This document shows, one piece after another, positions 10,097 through 21,635 of a stretch of 41,232 nucleotides of DNA. The stretch comes from Neophaeotheca triangularis. Its lineage: Eukaryota. Position 1 is the first letter of the stretch. The number at the start of each line of letters is the position of its first letter. The notes beneath the pieces were generated by a model. That model saw only the letters and a list, made by a program, of their open reading frames with translations, did no database searches and had not been told where the DNA came from. The translations under genes were made by a program, and so were the position numbers. Location: positions 124,001-165,232 of the forward strand of contig BAAIJX010000049.1 in assembly GCA_054600435.1 (NCBI GenBank). The letters run 5' to 3'.

Positions 10097-10438
10097 ACGC
10101 AAGATCCTCAGACTGCCCAAATTGATTGCAAGTAGCAAGCCGTTAAAAGGTTTGAAGAGAAAAAAGCCTCTTCATGATCACAGAAACAAAAGACCCACAC
10201 AGAGACAGTACACTTTCAACGCAAAGGACACCTCGCTCGGACCCAAAAGATCACCCCTCTTTCCACATCTCTCGGTGGTCCTCCCCAAGACGAAAGAACA
10301 TAAAGTCCGAAACTACATCTCGTGTATCTAACTCATCCCGGCAACATCCCAGCCCCCAGCCAACCCTAAGGCAACGCAACCTCTCAGCCGGCTCAGCTCC
10401 TCGCTTCCCTCCCCCGCCCAAAGAAAAATTAAATAAAA

Positions 10439-13277
10439 TCAAAAAATCACCCCCATGCCCCCAACACCACCCATACCCATGCCGCCCATACCAGCCGCAC
10501 CGCTCCCAAAACCACCTTGCCCGCCACCGCCCCAGAAAGCATTGCCATCCGGCCCACTACCGCCGCCGCCGCCGCCGTTCAAACCCCCCGATCCGTCGGC
10601 GAAACCGCCCAGTAAGAGCTCCGGGACAAAGCCATCCATGCTGCCGTCATCCATGAAGAAATCTACCCCGCCGTTACTGTTGTTGTTATTGCCGCCGTTG
10701 CCGCCGTTGTTGTTGAAATCGTTGTTGTTGTTGTTGTTGTTGTTGTTGTTGAGGGGGAAATCATTACTGTGCATGCTCGCGCCGCTGATGCTGCCGTCGT
10801 TGTTATTAGTCGCGAACTCGCCGACCGCTGGGAGGTCGAGCCAAGAGAAGGTGTTGATGGAGGGGCGGTGGAGGTTTTGGCTCTGCTGTTGTTGGTGGGA
10901 GTCTGTCGGGTACAGCAGGTTTTGGGAATGGGGGTTTTGGGTTTGGAGGCTTTGGTTATGTTGCGAAGGGGTTGAGGTGGGGTTGCTGTTGCTGAAGGTT
11001 CGGGGGTTGGATGGGGGGTTGGTAGAGTTGGAGTTGGTGTTGGAGTTGTTGGTGGCGGTGGATGATTTGGAGGTTTTGCTGCGGCCTCCGCCCGGTGGTC
11101 TGCGCCAGAGCAGGCGGATTAGTCGGGCGTAGCGCTCGCCTACGTCGTTGGCGCAGGCGCTGGCCTTTTGTAGGCGGTCGACTGTTTCGGCTATGAGGGT
11201 CTTGACGTTGTCGCGGTTGTCGCCGGCCATGACGCCGGTGCTGCGGGCTTTGTACAGAAAAGTGGCGCTGTAGATCACGTAAAGGTAGTAGCGCAGCGGC
11301 ATGAAGCGGAAGGTCTCGACGGGGTCTACGGAGGTTGTAAAGGTTGTTAGCAGCGCTTTGGCCGCTTCGATGGCTTCGTAGACAAAGCGCGCGTCCGGCG
11401 TGGCTGCTACGTCGGCGAAGGGGTAAAGGGGCGTTTTCTTCCCGCTTGCTGCTGCTTCCTGCATTCGTGCTACTAGCCGGTTAAGCGTTGCCTGGTAGGC
11501 GAAAGCATTTATATAGAGGCGCAGATACTCGTAAGATAGGTCTAGACTGGCTCTCAGCTCTGGAGAGCAGTGTAGAGAGCCCCAGTTGGCTAGCCAGGAG
11601 CGTAGGGATACTCGAAAGTCGTCGATGTATTTCACGTATTCGCCTCCGTAGTTTAGCTGATTGGATCGGCTCTTTGTCGCATACAAGACGTCGTGTGCGT
11701 TTGAGAAGAGCTGGGTCAACTCGAGGTTGGCTTCAAAGATGGCAGCAAAGTCGTCCTGGCGATCCGGTCGAGGCTGTAGACTGGGAAAATCTCGAGCTTG
11801 CAGCGAAGTCATTGGTCCTGGACCCCTGCTCCAAAAGGCTTTACCAAGTCGTATCGAGATTTGTCTGTCGCACATGTAGCACGCTGCCCAAGCAAGGCGA
11901 CCTCTGTTCAAATCAGGAGATTTACTGTCGTACTCTGTGCGAAAGCCGGTTCGGTCAATGCTTAGGAGGTAGCCAAGACGTATAGCCGCACCTACGAGCA
12001 TCCACGCAGCCTGGTCTTCCTCGCCTTTGCCCACCGCCGTCATGGCCTGCGGTCTCCTTGGCGGCCATTCTGCAAGTATCAGCGTGGCTTCAACCGCTTC
12101 GACTGTGGCGGCCCCAGAATAAGTCAAGTTGCCGAGGAGCGTCTGCATGTGAGATGAGCACACCTCGTGCATCTGCCACCAATGTTTCTCATCTTTGGAA
12201 GCCACCGTCAGTATAGCTGATAGTAAGTGCGGTTCATCTTTGGCGATTTGTTGGAGATTGTTGGGTTCCATGGCTGCCGGATTGCATATCGGGAAGAACG
12301 GGTTGTACTTTTGGCGATAGCTTGATACGATCAGCGCTGGACCATGGATCTTCAACGTCACGGTTCAGTATGTGCTTACCGTTGAAGGAGAATGTAGACA
12401 TTTTCGATACTGATCCCACCATTTTGCAGTGGTGGATACTCGACGTTGATCCCAGTTCTCGCGTAGTTGTCGTCCCTGGGTATACCTTGCGAGAGTCCGG
12501 CAATAGCACTCATAGGTGGCAACTGAGTAATGGAAGAGTTTCTCTCGGCAACATTTGCCAGGAACTCGAGTGCATCGGCCGGATTCTGTAAGTCTGCCAT
12601 GGCGGTGTCATCGTCCACGACGGGTTTCGAGGGAGTACCAGAGCGCGCAGAAAAATCAGCCGTGGGCGGCGGAGGGAGCGACCGCGACTCAACCCACGGC
12701 GGCAGCTTGCCGTCGCTGGTGTTCGATTTCCATTGCCCAAGACCTGGAGCGTTGCCTTGGGCGGAAGCGGAAGAATTAGCAGCCGGCTGGGGCTGAGAAA
12801 GGCCCTCTATGCTTGCCGGCTGGGCACCGGATGGGGCGGTAGAGGCGTCCGAGTGGGACCGCTTGACTCGTTTCCCTCCTCTGCGTGATCCGCCCAGGAT
12901 GCATTCATGCTGTTCTCGAATGCATCTCTCGCATGGTGGCTTTCCTGTGTTTCGGGTGAGTAAAGGATCGAAGACCAAGGTAGAGCAGCCACGTAGCAAG
13001 CAAAGATATGGTCGTCTTACCGGGTTCGCCGCTTCCATAGCTGCAGGGGGACGGTTGGTTAGCGTGGACGCGTGGTTTGAGATATCGGGGGTGGTGTCAT
13101 GGCGTACAGATCGCATCTCGATTTTCTCTGTCGACAGTGCAGACACGCTCGATAAGTCCTTTTCTCCCGCTCCGATTGTGCCTTTGTGGACTTCTTGGGG
13201 GATTCGTCGTTGCTTTCGGTCCGGTGGAGAGTGCCGCCAGGCGACTCTTGTTCGTCCTCGTCGACGGACGGGTCCAT
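10439..13277 (-). CDS. Zn(II)2Cys6 fungal transcription factor with middle homology region (ARO80-related family by resemblance); ~878 aa, 4 exons
   Basis: Exons 13277-13108, 13040-13021, 12944-12380 and 12320-10439, joined through GT-AG introns of 67, 76 and 59 nt. Splicing restores RACLHCRQRKSRCDLYGSGEPGKPPCERCIREQHEC and keeps frame (2637 nt). The middle region has AWMLVGAAIRLGY and YMCDRQISIRLGK. Confidence 0.9.
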
Positions 13278-15526
13278 TGCGGCGCGACGGTAACAGACGG
13301 CGATTGGAAAGGTGATGAGAGAAGGGAAGGAAGGTTGAAATGTATTAAGGTAACGTTATTAGGTATTCAACGAGCTTGAGGCGGCCGGCCGTCTGTTCGT
13401 CTCCAGTGGAGGGCTGTGCGGGGTTGTTGAACTCAAAATCGAAGATGGTCGTAACCTACCAGGTGGAGGTAGTACGTTTCTGTGCAGTAACTGGGAAATG
13501 TCGGTCCACAGCGACGATCACTTGCTGCCCAGGCATAATTGAGTTGTCTTCTACCCGGCCAACAATAGTCCATGCCGACATGCACACGTGTCGATTGTAT
13601 GTGCGAAGCGATATTACAAGCGAACAGTCAAGTTCCTTGCTCTTTTCCTCGACTGAACGGTTCACGAACGAGAAGTCCTGGGCGTTAGAAAGGGAAATTG
13701 CGACGGAAGAGATAGCAATGGTATCCTCCAGCTGAGGCGGGAAAGACAAATGCGGGTATCGTAATCAATGAATGATGCCATGAAAACGCCAGACGACCAT
13801 CGCTACCCAACGCATCACATGCAAAAGATCTCGTCCTCTCCTAAGCTGAGCTCACGCCATCACGACCCTTGACTCTCGCCTTTTCCTTCCCTCTCCTCCT
13901 TGAGCGCTCCCAACTTGACCTGCAACTCGCTCTCTCTCGGCCAGGTACTCGTGGGACTAGAGTGTTTGCTGTCCTGATCTGCGACGCTGGATCCAGGCGA
14001 GCTCTCCGGCGACACAATGTACAGCTCATCGTAATTGCCCCAGATCATGCGACTCCAGTAGGCGAGTGAGGGGACTTTGATTGAGGCGAGGGAGGAGTCG
14101 TAATTGGGAAAGCAGGCGTACTTGTCCTTTTCCTCGGGCAGGTATAAGTCGTGACGTTTGACGTCAAGGTAGGAGCAATAGCGTGGGATGCGCTTTTTGG
14201 TGACGCGGAGTTTTTCGTCTGGAGAACATTTCGGTCAATTTTCATGGCTTGTGGTCAGCAGAGAACAGTGATTAGCCTACCTTTGTCCAGCAAATCGCAG
14301 AGGTCCTTTTGAGATGATGTCTTCAGGCGACCTCGGTATTGATACAACAAGATGGGTGTCGTATCGTATTCGTCGAGACGATATCTCTCCGCACTGCTGC
14401 TGTTGGAGGTATGTGTAGAGTCTGTCAATCCCGTGGAGACCTTTGAGCCGTCTGTGGCAATTGCTTCGATGGTCGTCTGGCTCATGTTGGAAATGGGCGA
14501 CGACTGCTATGTCGGTGCCTAGGGTGGAGAGCGCCCGGCCTACAGAGGTCGCGTGGTGGTCGGGACGTTTTGTCTATGAGTAATATGCGTAATGGGCGTG
14601 CTGAAACTAGGCCGAGTCTGTCTTTGCGTGGACAAAGAAGGCAACGTCTGTTGAGGCCGGCCGGTCAGGATATCTGATGGATTTTGCAATGTCAGGTGCG
14701 CCCGTGATCTGGATTAGGTATGCTTGTGGGTGATGATAGGTAAGGAAGGCAAGGTACCTCGCTGTTGGTTTGGAGAGGCATCAGATGACTTGGCTTGGGA
14801 TGGCTGTTGCCTAAGGTAAGGTTGGGATTGCCGTTTTCGTCGTGTCTTGGCTGGTTGGGCGCTCGGACCCGAGAGTGAAGATGAGTGGCTGTGCTTTCAC
14901 GACCTCCCGTCTAGTATGCACATGCCCTGCACATTACAGTAGGTACATAGTATTAATATTACCTTATGTACATGCACCCATGTATGTATGCACTTCGCCT
15001 CAGACCAAGACAACAACAACAACAACAACAAGTCACGAGACGCCGGTACCAGCCAATCGACAATGAGTACGAGACAAACGCCCCTGTCGCACGTAATAAT
15101 AATGGACAGACTCACCGCCACATTCCCTTTTAATAACCAGATCACATCTAGGTAGTACTTTCGGACCTCCCCAGCAGTGCCTGCGCTAAGCTTATGCAGG
15201 CAAGCTCAGGTCCCTGGTAGTGGACAGTATGACTGTGAGTGGGCCCTGTCATAAGGCACCAGCACCTCAAGGCTGCTGTTTCATCCTCGAGGCCACCTCC
15301 AACACATGAATGATTGCCTAGGTACATACCTATACCTACTGTATCCCTACCTTACTGTAGGCCACCACGTCTAGCTAGCTACCCTACCCATCTCTTGCAC
15401 TTTGTCCCTTTCGACCTTTGTCCCTTTCCGTACTGCATACCCCGGCGAATACTGTACCCTTTCACCTTTCCATTGCATCTCTCGTTACACCTCTGCAAGA
15501 TTACTTTTCACTTATAAAGACCCGGG

Positions 15527-15535
15527 TATATAAAA
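15527..15535 (+). promoter_or_regulatory. Candidate TATA box of the patatin gene
   Basis: TATATAAAA about 135 bp upstream of ATG 15664. Confidence 0.45.
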
Positions 15536-15663
15536 CAAATTTAAGTCCCCGCCCTTATACGAAGCATGCTTGCTTGACGAGCCACTTCAAGACTCGAGTC
15601 ACATCTAACGTGGATTCTTTCCCAGCATCCCCTTGGGGGTCCCCGGCGCTTCCGGACGCTGCC

Positions 15664-17367
15664 ATGGAAGGAAGCACGGGGGGTCTGACGCCACCCTCAG
15701 CGCCAGGCCTAGCAGAAGCCTTGGAGCAGCACTCACGAAGCACGAGCAGGAGGCGCGCCGAAACAGAGGACAGTGAGAAGGCCGGCAGGGTCTGGGCCAG
15801 AGACGTGGAGTCGGAGAAGGCATGGTGGCCTTGCCTCTTGACTCTTGATGGAGGAGGGATCAGGGGATATAGCAGTCTCATGATTCTGAAGGCGCTCATG
15901 CATGAGGTTTGGCTCTGGGAACAGTACTTAGACGAGGAAGATAACGATCAGAATTTTGCTTCGCCGACTAGCGCGGGGACTGAATCACCACGAGGAAGGT
16001 ACGGGTATGAGACTCCTGATACTCTGCCTGGAGCCTCTGAAGCTGCTCGCCCTTCGACCGTACCATCGCAGAGCTCACCACTTTCCAATGAGGTGAACTC
16101 ATATCAAAATACAGTCCCGGCGGATGATCTATTGCAAGACGATCTCACAACAAATCACACAATGAAGAAAGCTATGAGCGAAGAAGAGCTCCTCCCTTGC
16201 CACTACTTCGACTTTCTGTACGGAACAAGCACCGGAGGCCTTATCGCCACGATGCTCGGCCGCCTCCGCATGACAACCTCTGAGTGCCTCGAACTCTACC
16301 GCAAAGTCGGCGACGATCTGTTCGGTAAAAAGCGCAGCAGTATCCCACTCACGACGAAATACTACCATGAGCCGCTTGAGAAAGCCGTGCGCGACCTCGT
16401 TGGCGCTCGCTGCCACGAACACGAAGACTGCGACGGGCACGATTACCACCCCTTTGAATTCCCCGACCTCGACCTTACAATGGGCCACAACCCCTTCGAC
16501 GTCGACAAACCCAGACTAGCCCAATCCTGCTGCCTAACTGCCACCCACGACGAATCCATCTCCGAAGCCTACCTCCTCCGCACCTACCCACACTTCTACT
16601 CCGACACAGCCCCCAACTACATAACCCGCTACAACGAGGGCGCCGACTTACTCAAAATCTGGCAAGTCACACGCGCCACCTCCGCCGCACCCTTCTACTT
16701 CAAAATGCTCGAAGCCGAAACCGCCACAGGCGACTTCAAAGCTTTCAAAGACGGCGGCATCCGCGAGAACAACCCCTCTGGCGCCGCGCTCTCCGAGTTC
16801 CAGTCCCTCTTCGACGGCAAGGCCGAAACCCCTGCCCTGCTGCTCAGCATCGGCACCGGCCGCCCGGACCTCAAACAGGACGGTTTCGCCGACACCTGGG
16901 CCGGGCCTTTCGGCCGCATCCCCTGGGTGCGCCAGTACTTGGAAAAACGCGCCGTGGTGCAAAATCTGCTCATCAAGTACACCGAGGGCGAGCGCCAGCA
17001 CTACAACATGCGCACGTATGCCAGGGGGGAGAATACGTGGTACAAGCGGCTCAATGTCTCGGCGGGGCTGGAGGACATGGCTTTGGACGACTGGGTCCGT
17101 GGGGTTTGGAGAGATGCCAGGACTGGAGAGGAGAGTGTCGTCCCTGGCGGTGCGAGTCTGAGCCGCATGGAGCACGCGACTGAGAAGTATTTGGCTAGGG
17201 GGTTTGATGACAAGGTCGATTCGTATGCGCCGCCCGTGGTTATGTTGAAGCAGGCTGCGGAGAAGTTGGTGCGGTTGAGGAGGGCGAGGGAGCGGATCGG
17301 GGGTGAGAGGTGGAGGGTTTTTGTTGGGATGGGGTTGGTGGGTGCTAGTAAGGGGGCGGAGGTGTGA
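15664..17367 (+). CDS. Patatin-like phospholipase (iPLA2/PNPLA8-like)
   Basis: LTLDGGGIRG (oxyanion motif), GTSTGG (nucleophile Ser), RATSAAPFYF, FKDGGIRENNP (catalytic Asp) and LLSIGTG. The first ATG is at 15664 in GCCATGG context; the ORF-track start at 15418 is a TTG upstream of the TATA box. Confidence 0.92.
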   Translation: MEGSTGGLTPPSAPGLAEALEQHSRSTSRRRAETEDSEKAGRVWARDVESEKAWWPCLLTLDGGGIRGYSSLMILKALMHEVWLWEQYLDEEDNDQNFASPTSAGTESPRGRYGYETPDTLPGASEAARPSTVPSQSSPLSNEVNSYQNTVPADDLLQDDLTTNHTMKKAMSEEELLPCHYFDFLYGTSTGGLIATMLGRLRMTTSECLELYRKVGDDLFGKKRSSIPLTTKYYHEPLEKAVRDLVGARCHEHEDCDGHDYHPFEFPDLDLTMGHNPFDVDKPRLAQSCCLTATHDESISEAYLLRTYPHFYSDTAPNYITRYNEGADLLKIWQVTRATSAAPFYFKMLEAETATGDFKAFKDGGIRENNPSGAALSEFQSLFDGKAETPALLLSIGTGRPDLKQDGFADTWAGPFGRIPWVRQYLEKRAVVQNLLIKYTEGERQHYNMRTYARGENTWYKRLNVSAGLEDMALDDWVRGVWRDARTGEESVVPGGASLSRMEHATEKYLARGFDDKVDSYAPPVVMLKQAAEKLVRLRRARERIGGERWRVFVGMGLVGASKGAEV

Positions 17368-18462
17368 AGGAGCGTTCTGCGCACTCGCTCTTTTCCCGAT
17401 TTGGCTAGAGTGGCTGGGAGGTGGCCGGTGTGATGGAGGTGGAGAGCGCGGACCGTCCCATTCACGCCCGGCCACTCTCGCCATTTGAAAAACCCTTACG
17501 CTCATCGACCGTGACAGTGCAGATACTTGCTCCTCGGCCTCCCCGGGAGACATCTATGCGAGCGGAGTGGGCTTTCTTGCGAGCCCGGAAACGAGACTCA
17601 TCCGGCAATCCTCACTAGGCATGCATCTCACTCGGATCGGCCGTTTCCGGCTGGAGGCGGCACGTCCGACTCCCCTGTGATGGCGTAGCTATAGACCCTC
17701 GAGCGCATTCCACCCGCGAGCCGACTTTCTAGGTATTAAATAACAGCGCGGTGACATCTTCAAGTTCTACGCAGACGTTGTGTTCAGTCGGAGATGCTTT
17801 CTGAGCTGTGAATTGTATAAGAAGTAAAAGGAGATAACCAAAAGCCCTAAACGTAGAATACGCAAATAACAGAACCTAACACTACAGCGGCCATTGAGAG
17901 TCCAGCCACGGGACGGTAGAGCCCTTTCTCTTTTTCTTCGCTGCCGTGGACCTGGCTTCGTCACCATCTTTGTATAAGAGCTTTTGTGAGCTGGTTGTGG
18001 GATGGCGGCTCAGGGTTGGGGTTGAGGTTTACCTTTGCGAACTTCTCTACTTTCCAAGGAGCGGTCTGCGGCCGAGGTTTTCAGGTGTTTTTTAAGCTTA
18101 GTGAGAGCCGTGGGGCCATCTTCATAGTTTTGAGGGTTCTGGTCCTGTCCCTAGAGTCAGAGGGCGTTGTGGCTGTTATCGGTGTTTGGAACGGCGGTTT
18201 TGCAGCGTAGTGTGATTTGTAGTGTCATCCATCGATCAGACCGTTGGAATCGTCAAGGGCGACTAGATACAGAACCGCTACGTGCCAATGCATGATGTTT
18301 TGTTACTCAGAAGCTCTCCGACGCTTCGACGATGGCTGCATGCATTAGCTAAGACTCGTGAATGGATGGGTGGGAACTACAGACCGTAGGTTTTTCGGGT
18401 TAGAGCTGGGGTTGGTTGCTCTCAAAGACTGAAACTGGCAAGATATGGTCACTCTCGATAGC

Positions 18463-18497
18463 TACCTACCTACCCACCTACCTACCTACCTACTTAC
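18463..18497. repeat. (CTAC)n microsatellite
   Basis: tacctacctacccacctacctacctacctacttac. Confidence 0.85.
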
Positions 18498-20502
18498 GAT
18501 CTGCTGCAGTTTGGAGTAAGTTCTACAGTCCGTTGGGATCACGAACGATGCTTTGCGAGGAGCCAGTCGGGGTTTGAGGGCATTCTCGATTGTGGTTTCT
18601 AGGTCTCGTGTTACGAGCTCGGAATGGAAAGTCTAGGGACGATGAGAATGGTACGAGGCGGCCTGGGATTGTCCTCGTCGGGTGGTGTGCGCTGTGAGAG
18701 AGATTTTAAGGGCTTTGCTCAATGGTGGCAAGGGGTTGTCGTCGTTGGCGGTGAGGATGAGGAGTAGACTGCAGGGGGTGAGAATTCAGATTTCGATTGA
18801 TTCGTCCCTTCTACGGTCTGCTTCTGTCGTGTCTTGGGAGGCGGTCTCCCAAGCCTGGAGGGAGATGTCGGGTAGTTGTTCGAGGTACCGCTCAAGCATG
18901 CCTTATCAAACTCCTTCAGGCAGCCGTGCAGATTCTGAAACACCCGTCCCGCCGTGAGACCCACCAATTGGTGGTGACGAGCCATCAGTAGCGCGGCCCA
19001 AAACCAACCTCACCTTGCTACCTCGTCGACCGCAAACGAAGGATCGCGGTCCACAAACATGCCTCAACGGACGCTCATTGCCGAAATGACTACGTGTGCC
19101 TCTAATACCGGCTCTGGGCGCTGTGTGATGCCCCTCCGCCGGGCTGCGGCTGCTTGAGAGCTCCCCGGACGCGAGCGATGGACTCTCGCGAGGTGCTGGA
19201 CATCGGTTCCCTCGTGCTAGATGAGATGAGTCCCATCCGAACGGGAGGGCCAATGCTTGCTTCGCGTCGAAGCTGTCAAGACGAAACGATCGACTGCGAG
19301 GAAAACAGGCCAAGAGAGGAGAGAGATAAGCAGAAAGAGAAAGAGAGCTAGACACCTACTTATAGCGACACCGACCGAATCACCCGGACGACCGGTGAAG
19401 CTGTTACTTTTGCATCAAGTCTGGACCATGAAGGACGCCCAATGGAACATAACCGAACGAGCCTACGGGTCCATTGGAGCTGCATCGCATGCAGGGAGAC
19501 ATTGCACGCAACAGGTCACGCAGTGGAAGCTCAGCGTCAACGGCATCAACATATGAAAGAGTGCAGACTAAACCCCCGATGTACAGGTCGTCGTGACTGC
19601 CACAAGCCCGCGTGCGTGACCAGCTTGCGACCGAGCAGTCCCGCCAGGCCCACTCATCCGGCTGGTAAACCACGTTATGTAGGGTTCTCTGGACGAATAC
19701 TACCACCACGGCCAATGTCTGATACGCCATGCTTTGAGGACCGCGGCCATATGTATGTTGGAGTCTTTCCTGGATGATCGAAGGCTATTTACGCGATGGA
19801 CGTTCGTCGACGGCTTGCTCGACCTCCGCGTGAGAGAGCGTTCGGGACCGGATTGCGACCGAAGCCCCCCGGTGTCTACCGGTCCATCAACTCCCACCAT
19901 AAGATGCCATTTTGCGGCCGCCGATGCCATAAGCTGTCTTTGTATTATCTCACAGGCTGTCCACGCGCATCCAAAGTAGCAACCCAATCGGTGTCCAGCT
20001 GTACCGCCGCCGAAGTGTGTAACGAGCTCTTGCAGTCCCTAGCCAACACCCAGGTCACAGCCACCTGCGCCTCTAGGATCGACACATTTCGATCTTAGTT
20101 CCGATGCAATGGCACCACGATCGTACGACTGTTGTCTCCGGGCTAGACTCGAGTCTATGCCTGTTTTACGATGAGCCTAGTCGCCTGAGACAAGGGAAGG
20201 GTCCAGACTGAAAGTCTAATGTCGGCGTCAGCTTTTCGAGCTCCTCACCGCAAACATTCACATCACGATTGTGCATCAGGTAGGTAAAGGAACGACAAGC
20301 GGTTAACGGGAGTCGTCTCGGCGAGCTAGGACGAACGTTTTACTCGAGTTTTGTTTGTGTTTCTCGAGGATGTAGCGCATTGTATTCGTGATGGTCCACG
20401 AGCAGTGTCGGAGCCGGGCTGTGATCGGAGAGGGAGTCAGCGAAAACGCGATTTAGCTTTGAGATTCCATCCGAAGCCTCCGATGCCCCGCTCGCAGGCA
20501 GG

Positions 20503-20662
20503 TATATAAAGCCCTCCCCCCTTCGCTCTTTCTCCTTGCTTCCTTTTCTCTCCCCATGTACCATTGGACATTCTGCAGCAACGCAAACTTCCAAGATCTT
20601 GACTTTTTCACCAAAGCCAACAAACCAATCAACAATCAAACTTCAACACATTCAGATCCATC
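20503..20662 (+). promoter_or_regulatory. TATA box, CT-rich tract and CAA-rich leader ahead of ATG 20663
   Basis: TATATAAA at 20503-20510, pyrimidine tract at ~20513-20555, C/A-rich leader ending ccatcATGG; a typical fungal core-promoter layout. Confidence 0.6.
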
Positions 20663-21635
20663 ATGGCTCCCGACTTGAGTATGATGATGGCAGCTTTTGC
20701 CGACGATCAGCATGCACGCACCAGGGTCGAGCGTGCTCGCGCCTCCGCCGCCCAGTATTCAACTACTCGGCAAGTCAACAGACGCAGGGATTAGGAGTCC
20801 AAGCGCTTCTGCTGTTTCTCGCCGGCGAATCTCGAAAAAATGCCGTCCATCTCCGAGGAGAGCCTGGACGAGCTCAAGCTGATGGAGGATGCAGGTGATA
20901 CGGAGGAAGAGGGCCGGACGGCCAATGGGCGTGCTTGCTGCAAGCGGCTCCTTACTCGCCTGGGACAGCGTTTGAGACTTGCACGAGGTAAGTTGTCGCG
21001 TGCTTTCTGTTTTTGCTGACGAGCGTCAAGGCAAGCGTGAGTCCAGGAGGCGGCCTTTAGGCCATAAGTCCTCTGGCTGCTTCGTTCTGGGGGCGAGTCG
21101 GCGGTGTTTACTAATTTGGTCGTGGTTAGGTACCGCAGTGTCTCTTCGAGCCGAGCTTAAGAGTCCTTTCATGGCGCGAGGGCGGGGTGAGACTAACTGC
21201 GAAGACATCGCCACGGCGCACGTCGAGGCACGCACACCTCGTCACAGGCAGCGTAGTCCGTCGGGTGTGACCGTGGGATCCATTCGCTTCCCAGCTCTGC
21301 CTTGCTCGCGCACGGAGAAAGCGTTAGTCAATCACGCGGCTTTCATCTGTGTGCTTGCGTTGGCGGAGGGTTGCGCCCGCTAACCGGTATTTGGATAACT
21401 CGCAGGCTCACGTCGAGGCGCACATAAGTCCTATCGATGGCGGTTGCCGTCCTGGGTGTGTGGCACTGCGGGTTGGAGGCTCAACATGGTCGCTTTAGCT
21501 GGGCTCGCGTCAAGGGCACCGTAAATCCTTTGGAGAGGTTGGTTGACTCCTGGGGGCAGAGCCTGGCTGGGCCATGCGGCTAGGCGGCGTCGAGGCCACC
21601 GGAAGTCCTATATGGCTGGTGTAGTCCTGGGTGCT
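20663..21635 (+). pseudogene. Unannotated interrupted gene: exon 1 with one in-frame TAG, a 43-nt intron, then repeated exon-like units
   Basis: The ATG 20663 frame is open to a GTAAGT donor at 20988 except for TAG 20792-20794. Intron 20988-21030 (branch GCTGAC, AAG acceptor) splices in frame into the ORF ending at 21383. Degenerate repeats continue to ~21635. Confidence 0.45.

Noticed and set aside
15418..15663. N-terminal extension of the patatin ORF
   Set aside because: It starts at TTG and spans the likely TATA box; the first ATG is at 15664.
17880..20100. Short ORFs on both strands as a nameable gene or transposon
   Set aside because: Coding-like in places but interrupted, with no recognisable domain, terminal repeats or target-site duplication; mentioned only as part of the gene-free island.
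21031..21635. CRISPR-like interpretation of the spaced repeats
   Set aside because: Eukaryotic context, highly degenerate units and no cas genes.
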